This document shows positions 48,101 to 58,295 of a DNA stretch of 64,000 nt, in pieces. The notes below the pieces were generated by a model that did not search any database, was not told the DNA's origin, and saw only the letters and a program-made list of their open reading frames with translations. How positions within the stretch are numbered: position 1 is the stretch's first letter; every line of letters starts with the position of its first letter. The translations under genes and the position numbers were made by a program. The DNA comes from an uncultured Chloroflexia bacterium (GTDB lineage Bacteria > Chloroflexota > Anaerolineae > Anaerolineales > Villigracilaceae). The DNA is taken from NCBI GenBank assembly GCA_963806575.1, contig CAWDYX010000020.1, forward strand, positions 14,816 through 78,815, written 5' to 3'.

Positions 48101-48484
48101 ATGGACAAGAAAGTCATTCTGAGCGAAAAAGCACCCAAAGCGATCGGCCCGTATTCCGTTGCAATCCGCACCGGCAATCTGGTCTTTGCCTCTGGGCAGC
48201 TTGGCTTGGACCCGCAGAACGGGAACCTTGTGCCAGGCGGGATCGAAGACGAGACTCGCCAGGCCCTTACCAACCTCCGCCATGTCCTGGCGGATTCCGG
48301 GTCCGGGATGCAGGCGGTCGTCAAGACCACCGTCTTCCTGAAAGACATGGCCGACTTCCCCAAGATGAATGCCGTTTATGCCGAATTCTTTCCGGAGAAC
48401 CCGCCTGCCCGCAGCACCGTTCAGGTGGCGGCCCTGCCCAAGGGCGGCAATGTTGAGATAGAAGCAACTGCCACTGTAATATGA
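48101..48484 (+). CDS. ridA: RidA/YjgF-family reactive intermediate deaminase
   Basis: APKAIGPYSVAI...ASGQLGLDP...VKTTVFLKDM..F..MN.VY..FF...PARS.V.VA.LP.G..VEIEA. Confidence 0.9.
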   Translation: MDKKVILSEKAPKAIGPYSVAIRTGNLVFASGQLGLDPQNGNLVPGGIEDETRQALTNLRHVLADSGSGMQAVVKTTVFLKDMADFPKMNAVYAEFFPENPPARSTVQVAALPKGGNVEIEATATVI

Positions 48485-49161
48485 GTTCCGAACTCGTTCT
48501 GCTGGTTGACGACGAACCCTCCATCGTCCAGCTCGCCCGCATGTACCTGGAGCGCGAGAACTTCCGGGTGGAAGCCGCCGGTGACGGAGAAGCCGCGCTG
48601 GAGGCCGTAAAGCACTTGAAACCGCACCTGGTTGTGCTGGATGTGATGCTCCCCAAGCTGGACGGGTTCGAAGTCTGCCGCCGCCTGCGGGCGGAGAATA
48701 ACCCGGTCGCCATCATCATGGTGACCGCCCGCGATGAGGATATCGATAAGATCCTCGGCCTGGAACTGGGCGCGGATGATTACCTGACCAAGCCTTTCAA
48801 CCCGCGCGAACTGGTGGCGCGCATCAAGGCCATTCTGCGACGGGCTGACCGCTCCACGCAAGTGGATACCGCTCCCATTACCCTGGCAGACCTGACTGTT
48901 GATGCCTTGCGCCGCGAGGCGTGTGTTTCCGGCCAGACCCTCGAACTGCGCACCCAGGAGTTCGAAGTGCTGCTCACACTAGCCAGGCAGCCCGGACGGG
49001 TTTTTACAAGAGAACAGCTGCTCCAACAGGCCTGGGGCTTCGATTTTTACGGCCAAACCCGCACCGTGGATGTTCATATCGCCCACCTGCGCAAGAAACT
49101 ATCCGGGAGTTCCGTGACCATCGAGACTGTCACCGGTATCGGGTATAAACTGTTGGCATGA
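48481..49161 (+). CDS. OmpR/PhoB-family response regulator
   Basis: Receiver domain (LLVDDEP...LDVMLPKLDG...TKPF) plus a winged-helix output domain (LTLARQPGRVFTREQLL...RTVDVHIAHLRKKL). Confidence 0.9.
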   Translation: MSSELVLLVDDEPSIVQLARMYLERENFRVEAAGDGEAALEAVKHLKPHLVVLDVMLPKLDGFEVCRRLRAENNPVAIIMVTARDEDIDKILGLELGADDYLTKPFNPRELVARIKAILRRADRSTQVDTAPITLADLTVDALRREACVSGQTLELRTQEFEVLLTLARQPGRVFTREQLLQQAWGFDFYGQTRTVDVHIAHLRKKLSGSSVTIETVTGIGYKLLA

Positions 49162-50597
49162 TGTCTTCATCTTTGCGTTCCCGTTTGTGGTGGAGTTATA
49201 TACTGGTTACATTGTCCGCACTTGGCATTGTGGCAGTGGTCCTTTTGGTCTATATCATTCAAAACCCCTCCACCTACCGGCAGGCCAGCGCAAGAATGAC
49301 TGTCGTCGCGGCACTCCTGCGCAAGAATGAAACGGACCTGGTCAATCTGGGTGCATCGGAACTCCAGGCGCGTATCGAACAAGTCGGTCAAACTTCCAAT
49401 GTCCGGATTGTCATCTTCAACAAAAAACGGCAGGTTCTGGCTGATTCACAATCCACGGGACAGGGTTCCCTCCATATGCCGCTTTTCCCCCGTTTGCGAG
49501 TCTCGTCGGCATTGCGCGACCAGAACGGTCAATACTGGCTTTATATCATTCAGCACCTGAATAATGGAAACTGGCTGCTGGTGGCCGTTCCCCGCCCGGC
49601 TGTTCCCTTGTTGACCGTCCTGAGTGATGAATTATTGTTGCCGATTTTGGGCGCTGCAGTTGCGGCTTTGATCATTTCCCTTTTCGTGGCATTCTGGCTG
49701 GCCCGCTGGATTGGTAATCCGCTTCAGCAAGTGGTGGTCGCCTCCCGGCGGATGCCAGTACCGAATGTTGCACCGATAGAACCGCGCGGCCCTCAGGAGG
49801 TCCAGGAGCTGGCGCTGGCGTTCAATGATATGAACAGACGGGTTTTGGCCACCCAAAGATCCCAGCGCGAGTTTGTTGCCAATGTTTCCCACGAGCTTAA
49901 AACTCCGCTCACCTCCATCCAGGGATTTTCACAGGCCATCCTGGATGGTACGGCGAACACCCCTGAAACGCTCAGGCAGGCCGCCCAGGTGATATACGAT
50001 GAGGCCGGGCAGATGCACCGTCTGGTGCTCGACCTGCTGGACTTGGCCCGCCTGGATGCCGGTACGCTCGACTTGAGACGCGCTCCCGTGGATTTGCCCG
50101 GCCTGCTCAGAAATATCGCCGAAAAGTTCACCCCCCAGGCACGTACCGCAGGTGTGTCGATAAGGGTGGACTCCCCCGCCCTGCCGCCTGTCACTGGTGA
50201 CGGCGACCGGCTGGCGCAGGTCTTCTCCAATCTGGTGGATAACGCCCTGAAGCACACTCCTGCCGGGGGCAATATCACAATGCATGCCCGGTTGACCGGC
50301 CCTTCGACAGGTCCCGGGACAGGCACCGGGATCCAGGTGGATGTTGCGGATACCGGTGTTGGCATTCCACCGGAAGCCCTGCCTCACATCTTCGAGCGGT
50401 TCTACCAGGCTGACCCGGCCCGACCGGGAGGCGAGAAACACGGCACCGGTCTGGGTCTGGCAATTGTAAAGGAAATTGTTGGAGCACACGGTGGTAAAAT
50501 AAGCGTTCGCAGCGGCCCTGATGCCGGTAGCACCTTTACTGTCACTCTGCCGCTGGCAATGCCGGATGCTTCCAGCGTGGCCCGGCGCATCAAATAG
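49158..50597 (+). CDS. sensor histidine kinase (2 TM, HAMP, HisKA, HATPase)
   Basis: H-box SHELKTPLTSI, N-box NLVDNALKHT and G-boxes DTGVGIP / GTGLGLAIV. Confidence 0.9.
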   Translation: MMSSSLRSRLWWSYILVTLSALGIVAVVLLVYIIQNPSTYRQASARMTVVAALLRKNETDLVNLGASELQARIEQVGQTSNVRIVIFNKKRQVLADSQSTGQGSLHMPLFPRLRVSSALRDQNGQYWLYIIQHLNNGNWLLVAVPRPAVPLLTVLSDELLLPILGAAVAALIISLFVAFWLARWIGNPLQQVVVASRRMPVPNVAPIEPRGPQEVQELALAFNDMNRRVLATQRSQREFVANVSHELKTPLTSIQGFSQAILDGTANTPETLRQAAQVIYDEAGQMHRLVLDLLDLARLDAGTLDLRRAPVDLPGLLRNIAEKFTPQARTAGVSIRVDSPALPPVTGDGDRLAQVFSNLVDNALKHTPAGGNITMHARLTGPSTGPGTGTGIQVDVADTGVGIPPEALPHIFERFYQADPARPGGEKHGTGLGLAIVKEIVGAHGGKISVRSGPDAGSTFTVTLPLAMPDASSVARRIK

Positions 50598-50603
50598 GTC
50601 ATC

Positions 50604-51617
50604 ATGCCTTCCGTTTCCATTATTGTCCCCTGTTACAACGAACAAGACACCATCCGTAAACTGCTCGAGGCCATCTACGCACAGGCCTTTCCGCGCCCCG
50701 ACCTGGAGGTGGTGATCGCAGACGGCATGTCCTCGGATGGGACGCGCACACAGATTGCGGCCTTTTCCGATTCTCATCCGGACCTGCAGATTGCCGTGGC
50801 GGATAACCCCTCTCGTAACATTCCTTCTTCATTGAATTGTGCGTTGAAAGAAGCCCAGGGCGAGATCATCGTTCGCCTGGATGCGCATTCGATGCCATAT
50901 CCTGACTACGTTGAGCGCTGCGTCGCGGACCTGGAGGCGGGTCTCGGTGAAAATGTCGGCGGCATATGGGAGATCCAACCTGGTGCCGAAACGTGGGTGG
51001 CGCAATCCATCGCGGCGGCTGCCTCCCACCCATTGGGTGTGGGTGATGCACTTTACCGCCACACCGCTGTGGCCGCTCAGGTGGATACCGTCCCCTTTGG
51101 AGCCTTCAAACGCGAGCTGCTGGCGTTGGTCGGCTTCTTTGACGAGTCGTTGCTTACCAACGAGGATTACGAGTTCAATGCGCGCATCCGCAAATCAGGC
51201 GGCAGGGTCTGGCTTGACCCTTCCATCCGTTCGATCTATTTTGCCCGGCCCACACTGGCGAAACTGGCCAGGCAATACTCCCGTTACGGGTTCTGGAAAT
51301 GGCGCATGTTGCGCCGTTATCCTGGGACGCTGCGCTGGCGGCAGGCTCTCCCGCCTTTGTTCGTCCTGAGTCTTATCGTCGGGATGGTCCTGTCTCCATT
51401 TCTACCTGTTTTCCGGGTTCTGCTGGCAGTGGAAATTTCCATTTATCTTGTCGTTCTGGCTGCCGCGGGAGTCCAGGCGGCTGTGCGCCAGAAAAAAGTC
51501 CAAATGGCGGTCGGTTTACCACTCGCGATCGCGACCATGCACATTGTCTGGGGTGCAGGCTTTTTATGGAGTATGATTAAGGGGATTTTCACCGAACGAC
51601 ACCCGGAGAAGGAGTAA
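50604..51617 (+). CDS. family 2 glycosyltransferase with C-terminal TM helices
   Basis: VSIIVPCYNEQDTI..., a DAH motif region and a hydrophobic C-terminal third. Confidence 0.85.
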   Translation: MPSVSIIVPCYNEQDTIRKLLEAIYAQAFPRPDLEVVIADGMSSDGTRTQIAAFSDSHPDLQIAVADNPSRNIPSSLNCALKEAQGEIIVRLDAHSMPYPDYVERCVADLEAGLGENVGGIWEIQPGAETWVAQSIAAAASHPLGVGDALYRHTAVAAQVDTVPFGAFKRELLALVGFFDESLLTNEDYEFNARIRKSGGRVWLDPSIRSIYFARPTLAKLARQYSRYGFWKWRMLRRYPGTLRWRQALPPLFVLSLIVGMVLSPFLPVFRVLLAVEISIYLVVLAAAGVQAAVRQKKVQMAVGLPLAIATMHIVWGAGFLWSMIKGIFTERHPEKE

Positions 51618-53041
51618 TGCAACCAACTGCACGATCCAAGCCTGTCGGCTGGCGCGTCCGTGCGCGCGAGCAACGCACCATCCTGCTGATAGGTGACGCG
51701 CTTGCCTCTTTATTGGCACTCTTCGGCGGCCTGTATTTCTGGGGGCAAAAGTATGACTGGCTGAAGTTTTCGTTGAATTTCCTCCAGCAGCGCGTTGAAT
51801 TCTGGTTTTACCTCCTTCCGCTGATCTGGATGGTATTCCTGGTCGAATTGTATGATACGCATCGCGCCAGGGACCTGCGCCAAACTGTGACTGGCATTTC
51901 CCTGGCTGCTTTGGCCGGGCTCTTATTCTATGCGCTGATCTACCTCATTTCGCCCAAAGGTTCTCTGCCGCGTCTTGGCATTGGCATTTTCCTGATTTTC
52001 GCATCCATCCTGACACTGCTCTGGCGCCTTGTGTATATCCAGATCGTCACCGCCCAGGCATCCCTGCGGCGGGTGCTGGTGATCGGCGCAGGCAAAGCCG
52101 GTGAGACGCTTGCGCGCGTTTACAACAAACTGCGACCGCAGCCGTTCTACCTGGTTGGCTTCATGGATGACGATCCGAAGAAAATTGGGGATAACCTGGA
52201 AGGATTTCCCATTTTGGCCGGGAACGACCGTTTGCTCGAGATCATCGAGACGATGGCGATCACGGAGATTGTTATTGCCATCACCGGCGAAGTGCAGGGC
52301 AGCACCTTTCAGGTGCTCCTGGATGCCCAGGAGAGCGGGGTGGATGTCATCCCAATGCCCGCCCTGTACGAGGAGTTGCTCGGGCGCGTCCCCATCCATC
52401 ACCTGGAGTCCGAGTGGTTGATCCGTTCCTTTGTGAACGATGCACGCGTCGGGGGGTTCTACGAATTGACGAAGCGGCTGCTTGACATCCTTATCGCGTT
52501 GGCCGGTTTGATTATTTGCATCATCCTCGCCCCGATTACTGCCATCATAATCCTGGTGGATAGCGGATTTCCCATCCTGTACAGGCAGATTCGCTCCGGC
52601 AAAGGAGGGAAGATCTATTCCATCTACAAGTTCCGCACCATGGTCCAGGATGCCGAAAAGGATGGCAGGGCGCGGGTCACGGATGAAAATGACGAACGCA
52701 TCACGCGTGTGGGAGGCTTTCTGCGTCGCACGCACATCGATGAATTGCCGCAGTTTTGGAACGTCCTGCACGGCGAAATGAGTATTGTCGGCCCGCGCGC
52801 CGAACGCCCCGAATTGATTGCCAAATATCAGAAGGAAATTCCCTTATACCGGGCGCGTTTGCTCGTCAAGCCGGGCATCACCGGCTGGGCGCAGGTAAAT
52901 TATGGTTATTCCGCCACGATCGCCCAAACCATTGTTAAACTTGAATACGACCTGTATTACATCAAACATCGCAATTTATTCATGGATGTTCTCATCATCC
53001 TGCGTACCATGACCCAGATCATTGGGTTTCGGGGAAGATAG
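51617..53041 (+). CDS. polyprenyl-phosphate sugar phosphotransferase (WbaP / exopolysaccharide priming type)
   Basis: N-terminal TM block, a central Rossmann-like domain (VLVIGAGKAG) and the C-terminal bacterial sugar-transferase motif DELPQFWNVLHGEMSIVGPRAERPE. Confidence 0.85.
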   Translation: MQPTARSKPVGWRVRAREQRTILLIGDALASLLALFGGLYFWGQKYDWLKFSLNFLQQRVEFWFYLLPLIWMVFLVELYDTHRARDLRQTVTGISLAALAGLLFYALIYLISPKGSLPRLGIGIFLIFASILTLLWRLVYIQIVTAQASLRRVLVIGAGKAGETLARVYNKLRPQPFYLVGFMDDDPKKIGDNLEGFPILAGNDRLLEIIETMAITEIVIAITGEVQGSTFQVLLDAQESGVDVIPMPALYEELLGRVPIHHLESEWLIRSFVNDARVGGFYELTKRLLDILIALAGLIICIILAPITAIIILVDSGFPILYRQIRSGKGGKIYSIYKFRTMVQDAEKDGRARVTDENDERITRVGGFLRRTHIDELPQFWNVLHGEMSIVGPRAERPELIAKYQKEIPLYRARLLVKPGITGWAQVNYGYSATIAQTIVKLEYDLYYIKHRNLFMDVLIILRTMTQIIGFRGR

Positions 53042-53045
53042 CCGG

Positions 53046-53969
53046 ATGCGCGCCCTGGTCACCGGCGGAGCCGGTTTCATCGGTTCTCATATTGTGGAGG
53101 AACTCCTGCGAGGCGGCGCTTCCGTGCGTGTGCTGGATAACTTCTCTTCCGGAAAACGCGAAAACCTGGAATCATTTCAGGGCGATCTGGAAATCCTGGA
53201 GGGTGATCTGCGCGACGCGCAGGCCATCAAGGCCGCCACACGGGATGTGGACCTGGTCTTTCACCTGGCAGCCTTCGTCTCCGTCCCGCAGTCCATGTCG
53301 GAGCCGGAGACCTGTTTCGCGATCAACGTGGCTGGGACGGTTACCTTGCTTGAAGCGGCCTGCCGGGCCGGTGTCCGCAAAGTCGTCTTGTCTTCCAGCA
53401 CGGCAGTTTATGGAAATCCGGACAAATTCCCGACGGACGAAGAAGCTCCGCTCCGGCCATTATCCCCCTATGCTTTGTCGAAACAGGTGAACGAGCTGTA
53501 TGCCCGCCTGTACACGCAAACCTTCAACCTGCCGGTAACTGCCCTGCGCTATTTCAACGTCTACGGACCGCGCCAGCGTCCTGATTCCGACTATGCGGCT
53601 GCCATTTCCATATTTACCCGGCAGCTGGCGAACAAGGAACCGATTACGATCTTCGGTGATGGCAAACAGAGCCGTGATTTCATCTTCGTCAAGGATGTGG
53701 TCCGCGCCAACCTGCTGGCGGCCGAATCCGCAGCCGGTGAGGTGTTCAATATCTGCACCGGACGCGAGACGACTCTGTTCGATTTGCTGGAGGAACTGAG
53801 TGAGCTGGGCTTCCACCAGCCTGAGGTGCGGTTCGAAGCACCGCGCCCGGGTGACATCTATCGTTCGAAAGGTGATCCCGATAAAGCGGCCTCGATCCTG
53901 GGCTTTCGTGCCGTGACATCTCTGGCAGATGGCTTGGCCAAAACCATGGAATGGATGATAAGTAAATGA
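53046..53969 (+). CDS. NAD-dependent nucleotide-sugar epimerase/dehydratase (SDR)
   Basis: VTGGAGFIGSH and the catalytic YALSK. I placed the start at ATG 53046. Confidence 0.85.
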   Translation: MRALVTGGAGFIGSHIVEELLRGGASVRVLDNFSSGKRENLESFQGDLEILEGDLRDAQAIKAATRDVDLVFHLAAFVSVPQSMSEPETCFAINVAGTVTLLEAACRAGVRKVVLSSSTAVYGNPDKFPTDEEAPLRPLSPYALSKQVNELYARLYTQTFNLPVTALRYFNVYGPRQRPDSDYAAAISIFTRQLANKEPITIFGDGKQSRDFIFVKDVVRANLLAAESAAGEVFNICTGRETTLFDLLEELSELGFHQPEVRFEAPRPGDIYRSKGDPDKAASILGFRAVTSLADGLAKTMEWMISK

Positions 53970-55870
53970 ATGCAAAATTTCGTTCCCAACTCCCCAATGC
54001 TTTTATCTTGTTAGTGGATATTGTAGTAACCGTGGTCGCCATCGTAGCTGCGTTTGCACTCCGGCTGGAAGGCGACCAGACCACGATTTACATTGGGTCC
54101 CTTTATTGGATGGTTCTCATCAGCGTTCTGATAAAGCCCGTCGTTTACTACTTGTTCGGTCTTTACCGGCGCCTGTGGGCTTATGCCAGTGTAAAGGAAT
54201 TAACCCTCATCTTTTCGGCAGTGACAGCTGCCTCGGCAGTTTTCTCTGCCATTACGCTGATACTTTACATATCCCGGGCAGATTCCACCCGGATCCTGAA
54301 TTTTCCACGCGCGGTCCTGCCGATAGACTGGTTGCTTTCCCTGGTCGGCATCGGCGGTTTGCGCTTTTCCATCCGGTTGTTGGCGGAAGGGCGCGCTGCC
54401 AGTAAAAAACCCGTGCCAAGGAAAGCCAGAAATGTTTTGATCATCGGTGCAGGTGATGCCGGCGCGTTGGTGGTGCGGGAATTGCAAAAGAACAAACAAC
54501 TTGGCCTGCGCCCGGTCGGTTACCTGGATGATGACCCAACCAAGCAGAAGCGTCAAATCCATGGGATATCGGTGATCGGAAAACTCGCCGACCTGGGCCG
54601 CGTTCTGGATCACCGCCGTGTCGAGGAGGTCATCATTGCTATCCCCAGTGCAGGTGGGACAGTGGTCCGCCTGGTGACAGACATCTGCCGGTTGAAGGGC
54701 ATTCCGTTCCGCACCATGCCAGGCCTGTTCGAACTCATTAATGGGAAAGTCAGTGTCAACCGGCTGCGCGATGTGGATATCGACGACCTTTTGCGCCGTG
54801 AACCGGCACGCATCCAGGATGAACTGATCGGCGCGGCGCTGGCCGGCAAGCGGGTGCTCGTCACAGGCGCAGGCGGTTCCATCGGCCGTGAGATCTGCCG
54901 TCAGGTTGCCCGCTGGAGCCCTGAAGTGCTGATCATGCTCGGTCACGGCGAGAACAGCATTTTCGAAGCCATGCTCGAATTGCGCGAGGATTTCCCCGTC
55001 CTTCCGGTTAAACTGGTCATTGCGGATATCCGTGACAAGAACAGGATTCAAAGTGTTTTCACCGATTTCCGCCCGCAGGTGGTTTTCCATGCTGCCGCCC
55101 ACAAACATGTCCCGTTGATGGAAATTAATGTGGAAGAAGCCGTTACCAATAACCTCATTGGAACGAAATATGTCGTCGAGGCAGCCAGTGCAGTTGATAC
55201 GGAACGGCTGGTGCTGATCTCCACCGACAAGGCTGTCCGCCCATCCAGCGTAATGGGGGCCACCAAGCGCATCGCCGAAATGGTTGTGGTCGATGCCGCT
55301 CATCGCACCGGGCATGCCTACTCGGTGGTCCGTTTTGGGAATGTATTGGGCAGTCGCGGCAGCGTGGTTCCGCTTTTCAAACGGCAGATCGCCCATGGAG
55401 GTCCGGTGACGGTGACCCACCCGGAGATGAAACGCTACTTCATGACCATCCCGGAGTCTGTCCACCTGGTCCTGCAGGCCGCCGCAATGGGTCAGGGTGG
55501 CGAGGTCTTCATGTTGAATATGGGCCAGCCGGTGCGTATCCTCGACCTGGCGGAAGACCTCATCCGGCTTTCGGGCCTGGAACCAGGCAGGGATGTTGAA
55601 ATTGTTTTCACAGGCATCCGTCCGGGAGAAAAGCTCACTGAAGATCTGTGGGGGGATGGCATGGATTACAAGAAAACGGCCCACCCTGAAATCTTCCGTG
55701 CTGAAACCGAGGAGGCCGTCCTGCCAGCTGACCTGGACAAGCTCGTCGAAGAATTAGCCCAGCTCGCAGACGAAAGCGAAGCTTCCGCGATCCTTCATCT
55801 GCTGGACGAAACCATCCCCGATGGGAAAATACAGGCCGCCTCACCGCTGGACCTGACTTCACCGGATTAA
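53966..55870 (+). CDS. membrane-bound nucleotide-sugar 4,6-dehydratase (CapD/WbpM/PglF-like)
   Basis: 4 N-terminal TM helices and two Rossmann motifs (IIGAGDAG; VTGAGGSIGRE). Confidence 0.85.
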   Translation: MNAKFRSQLPNAFILLVDIVVTVVAIVAAFALRLEGDQTTIYIGSLYWMVLISVLIKPVVYYLFGLYRRLWAYASVKELTLIFSAVTAASAVFSAITLILYISRADSTRILNFPRAVLPIDWLLSLVGIGGLRFSIRLLAEGRAASKKPVPRKARNVLIIGAGDAGALVVRELQKNKQLGLRPVGYLDDDPTKQKRQIHGISVIGKLADLGRVLDHRRVEEVIIAIPSAGGTVVRLVTDICRLKGIPFRTMPGLFELINGKVSVNRLRDVDIDDLLRREPARIQDELIGAALAGKRVLVTGAGGSIGREICRQVARWSPEVLIMLGHGENSIFEAMLELREDFPVLPVKLVIADIRDKNRIQSVFTDFRPQVVFHAAAHKHVPLMEINVEEAVTNNLIGTKYVVEAASAVDTERLVLISTDKAVRPSSVMGATKRIAEMVVVDAAHRTGHAYSVVRFGNVLGSRGSVVPLFKRQIAHGGPVTVTHPEMKRYFMTIPESVHLVLQAAAMGQGGEVFMLNMGQPVRILDLAEDLIRLSGLEPGRDVEIVFTGIRPGEKLTEDLWGDGMDYKKTAHPEIFRAETEEAVLPADLDKLVEELAQLADESEASAILHLLDETIPDGKIQAASPLDLTSPD

Positions 55871-55879
55871 ATCAAGTGC

Positions 55880-56878
55880 ATGCCTGAAATCAGTCTCTCC
55901 AACTGGAATGAATTTCTCGCAGATCATCCGGAGGCGCATATCCTGCAATCGGGCGAATGGGGGGAGCTGAAATCCGCCTTTGGCTGGGATGCCCTGCGGG
56001 TGATAGAAGACGGCCTCGGCGCACAAATCCTTTTCCGGCGGCTGCCGCTCGGCCTGACCTTCGCCTACATCCCAAAAGGGCCGGTGGGGAGTCCAGTAAG
56101 GGGAACCACACAACGATTTTGGGCGGAAGTGGATGCGCTCTGCCAGAAAAAACATGCCGTCTTCCTGAAGATGGAGCGGGATGGGTGGGAGGGTGATGCG
56201 TCCTCCATTATCCCGCCTTCAGCCTTCCTCCCAAGCCCGCAACACATCCAGCCGCACAGCACCCTGGTCGTGGACCTGGGTGGCAGCCAGGAGGAAATTT
56301 TCAACCGCATGAAACCGAAGACCCGCTACAACATCCGTCTGGCCGGTCGCAAGGAAGTGGTTGTCGGACCCTCCAATGACATTGAGAACTTCTGCCGTGT
56401 GATGGGTGTAACCAGCCAAAGGGAAGCTTTTCATGTCCATTCGCTGGAATATTACCGGCGCGCCTATCAGCTTTTTTACCCTAAGGGCATGTGCGAGCTC
56501 TTTGTGGCCGATTACCAGGGCCAGAGCCTCGCCGCCGTGATGGTATTCGCATGTGGCAAAAGCGCCTACTATTTTTATGGCGCCTCGGCCGATGCGGAAC
56601 GCAACCGTAAACCGACTTACCCGCTGCAATGGGAAGCCATCCGCTGGGCGCTTGGGAAAGGTTGTACCGAATACGATCTGTGGGGGATCCCCGACGAAGC
56701 CATCGACATTGACGACGACGAGGCTGAGGCCCGCGAAGACGGGTTGTGGGGCGTCTACCGTTTCAAGCGGGGCTTTGGCGGCTCGATTAAAAGGGCCCAG
56801 CAGACCCTGGATCGGGTTTACACTCCCCTGCTCTATAAACTCTACCTGTGGCGTTTCTCCGGTTCCGGTTCGGACTGA
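55880..56878 (+). CDS. FemAB-family aminoacyl-tRNA-dependent peptidyltransferase
   Basis: ILQSGEWGELK..., KTRYNIRLA and SAYYFYGAS...LQWEAIRWA...YDLWGI blocks typical of FemAB / lipid II glycyltransferase proteins. Confidence 0.7.
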   Translation: MPEISLSNWNEFLADHPEAHILQSGEWGELKSAFGWDALRVIEDGLGAQILFRRLPLGLTFAYIPKGPVGSPVRGTTQRFWAEVDALCQKKHAVFLKMERDGWEGDASSIIPPSAFLPSPQHIQPHSTLVVDLGGSQEEIFNRMKPKTRYNIRLAGRKEVVVGPSNDIENFCRVMGVTSQREAFHVHSLEYYRRAYQLFYPKGMCELFVADYQGQSLAAVMVFACGKSAYYFYGASADAERNRKPTYPLQWEAIRWALGKGCTEYDLWGIPDEAIDIDDDEAEAREDGLWGVYRFKRGFGGSIKRAQQTLDRVYTPLLYKLYLWRFSGSGSD

Positions 56879-56882
56879 CCGC

Positions 56883-58052
56883 ATGATCGCGTTTACCGGC
56901 ACTCCCCAGGCCTGGAACGAATTGATCTCCTCCCTTCCCCTTGCCCATCTCCTGCAAACCTGGGAATGGTCGCAAGGGAAGGCCAAATACGGCTGGCGGG
57001 CCATGCCGTTTGTTTGGAACGCTCCCCAAACCATCCTTGATCTTTCGCAGTCGGCAGAAAGCGGTCAACCAATGGCAGCCGCCATGCTGTTGAAACGCAA
57101 TTTCCCGATAGGCGGGTTTGCCAAAAAAATGTGCGTGTTATACGTTCCGAAGGGTCCGCTAATGGACTGGAACGACGCTGCCCTGCGCCAGCGCGTCCTG
57201 GACGACTTGCAGGCGTTCGCCAAACGCCAGGGGGCGATCTTCGTCAAGGTGGACCCGGACGTGGCATTGGGCATCGGCATTCCCGGAACAGCTGCAGCGG
57301 TCGAATTTGCCGGCGGTCAGAAGGTCAGGCTCGATTTGGTGCGGCGGGGCTGGAAATTTTCGCAGGACCAGATCCAATTCCGCAATACCGTTTTGATCGA
57401 CCTGTCCCCGTCCGAAGACGAACTGCTGGCGCGCATGCGGCAGAAGACACGTTATAACGTCCGCCTGGCGCAGAAGAAGGGCGTGACGGTGCGGGTCGGG
57501 ACGCTGGATGATCTGCCCCAACTGTATCGCATGTACGCGGAAACTTCGGTACGGGATAATTTCTTGATCCGGGAAGAGGGCTATTACCAGACGGTCTGGC
57601 ATAATTTCATGAGCAACCCCTCCTCCATCGGCGGGCAACAGCCGTTCAGCGAACCTTTGATTGCCGAAGTGGGCGGCCAGACGGTGGCAGCCGTCTCATT
57701 GTTCTATTTTGCGGGGCGGGCGATTTTTCTCTTCGGCATGTCAAGCGGCGATCAGCGCGAGAAAATGCCCAATTACCTGCTCCAGTGGGAAGCCATCCGG
57801 CGGGCTAGGGCGCTGGGCTGCACGGTCTACAATTTGTGGGGCGCGCCGGATGAGTTCAATGAGAAGGACGGCCTGTGGAGCGTCTTCCGCTTCAAGGAGG
57901 GTTTTGGCGGGGTTGTCTCACGCACCCTCGGGGCGTGGGATTTCACTTCCAATCCGTTGCTGTACAGGTTGTATACGCAGATCCTCCCCAAGGTGTTGGA
58001 TGGAATGCGCTTTCGTGGCAAGGCAAAAACCAGGCAAAGCGTAGAGGCTTAA
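56883..58052 (+). CDS. second FemAB-family protein
   Basis: LLQTWEWSQGK..., KTRYNVRLAQKKG and FYFAGRAIFLFGMSS...LQWEAIRRA...YNLWGA. I placed the start at ATG 56883, after the previous stop. Confidence 0.7.
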   Translation: MIAFTGTPQAWNELISSLPLAHLLQTWEWSQGKAKYGWRAMPFVWNAPQTILDLSQSAESGQPMAAAMLLKRNFPIGGFAKKMCVLYVPKGPLMDWNDAALRQRVLDDLQAFAKRQGAIFVKVDPDVALGIGIPGTAAAVEFAGGQKVRLDLVRRGWKFSQDQIQFRNTVLIDLSPSEDELLARMRQKTRYNVRLAQKKGVTVRVGTLDDLPQLYRMYAETSVRDNFLIREEGYYQTVWHNFMSNPSSIGGQQPFSEPLIAEVGGQTVAAVSLFYFAGRAIFLFGMSSGDQREKMPNYLLQWEAIRRARALGCTVYNLWGAPDEFNEKDGLWSVFRFKEGFGGVVSRTLGAWDFTSNPLLYRLYTQILPKVLDGMRFRGKAKTRQSVEA

Positions 58053-58054
58053 AT

Positions 58055-58290
58055 CCACGCAGATACACGAAGTTGCACGAATGGCTTAGAACGAATATCG
58101 ACAGTCCGAAAACTGCCATTCGAAGCGCAAAAAGTTCTCCAAATCCATTACAAAGAGCACTTATCAATTTTGGCTCACGTGGTCGGCTGGAGTGGAAACG
58201 TTTCGTTCTATGAACTTATTCCGTACTGAGTAATCTTGGTGTCTCATCGTGTGACTTCGTGGACAAAAAAGCCTTCGTGTTCTTCGTGGA
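58055..58290. repeat. MITE-like non-coding element bounded by imperfect inverted repeats rich in CACGAA
   Basis: The left end is TCCACGCAGATACACGAAG. The reverse complement of the right end is TCCACGAAGA-ACACGAAG. There are 2 exact CACGAA plus an AACGAA variant on the left and 3 TTCGTG on the right. No ORF lies inside. Confidence 0.35.
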
Positions 58291-58295
58291 GAAAT

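Noticed and set aside
54200-55684. 494-aa ORF on the minus strand
   Set aside because: It is the antisense shadow of the CapD/PglF-like dehydratase gene. No motifs recognised.
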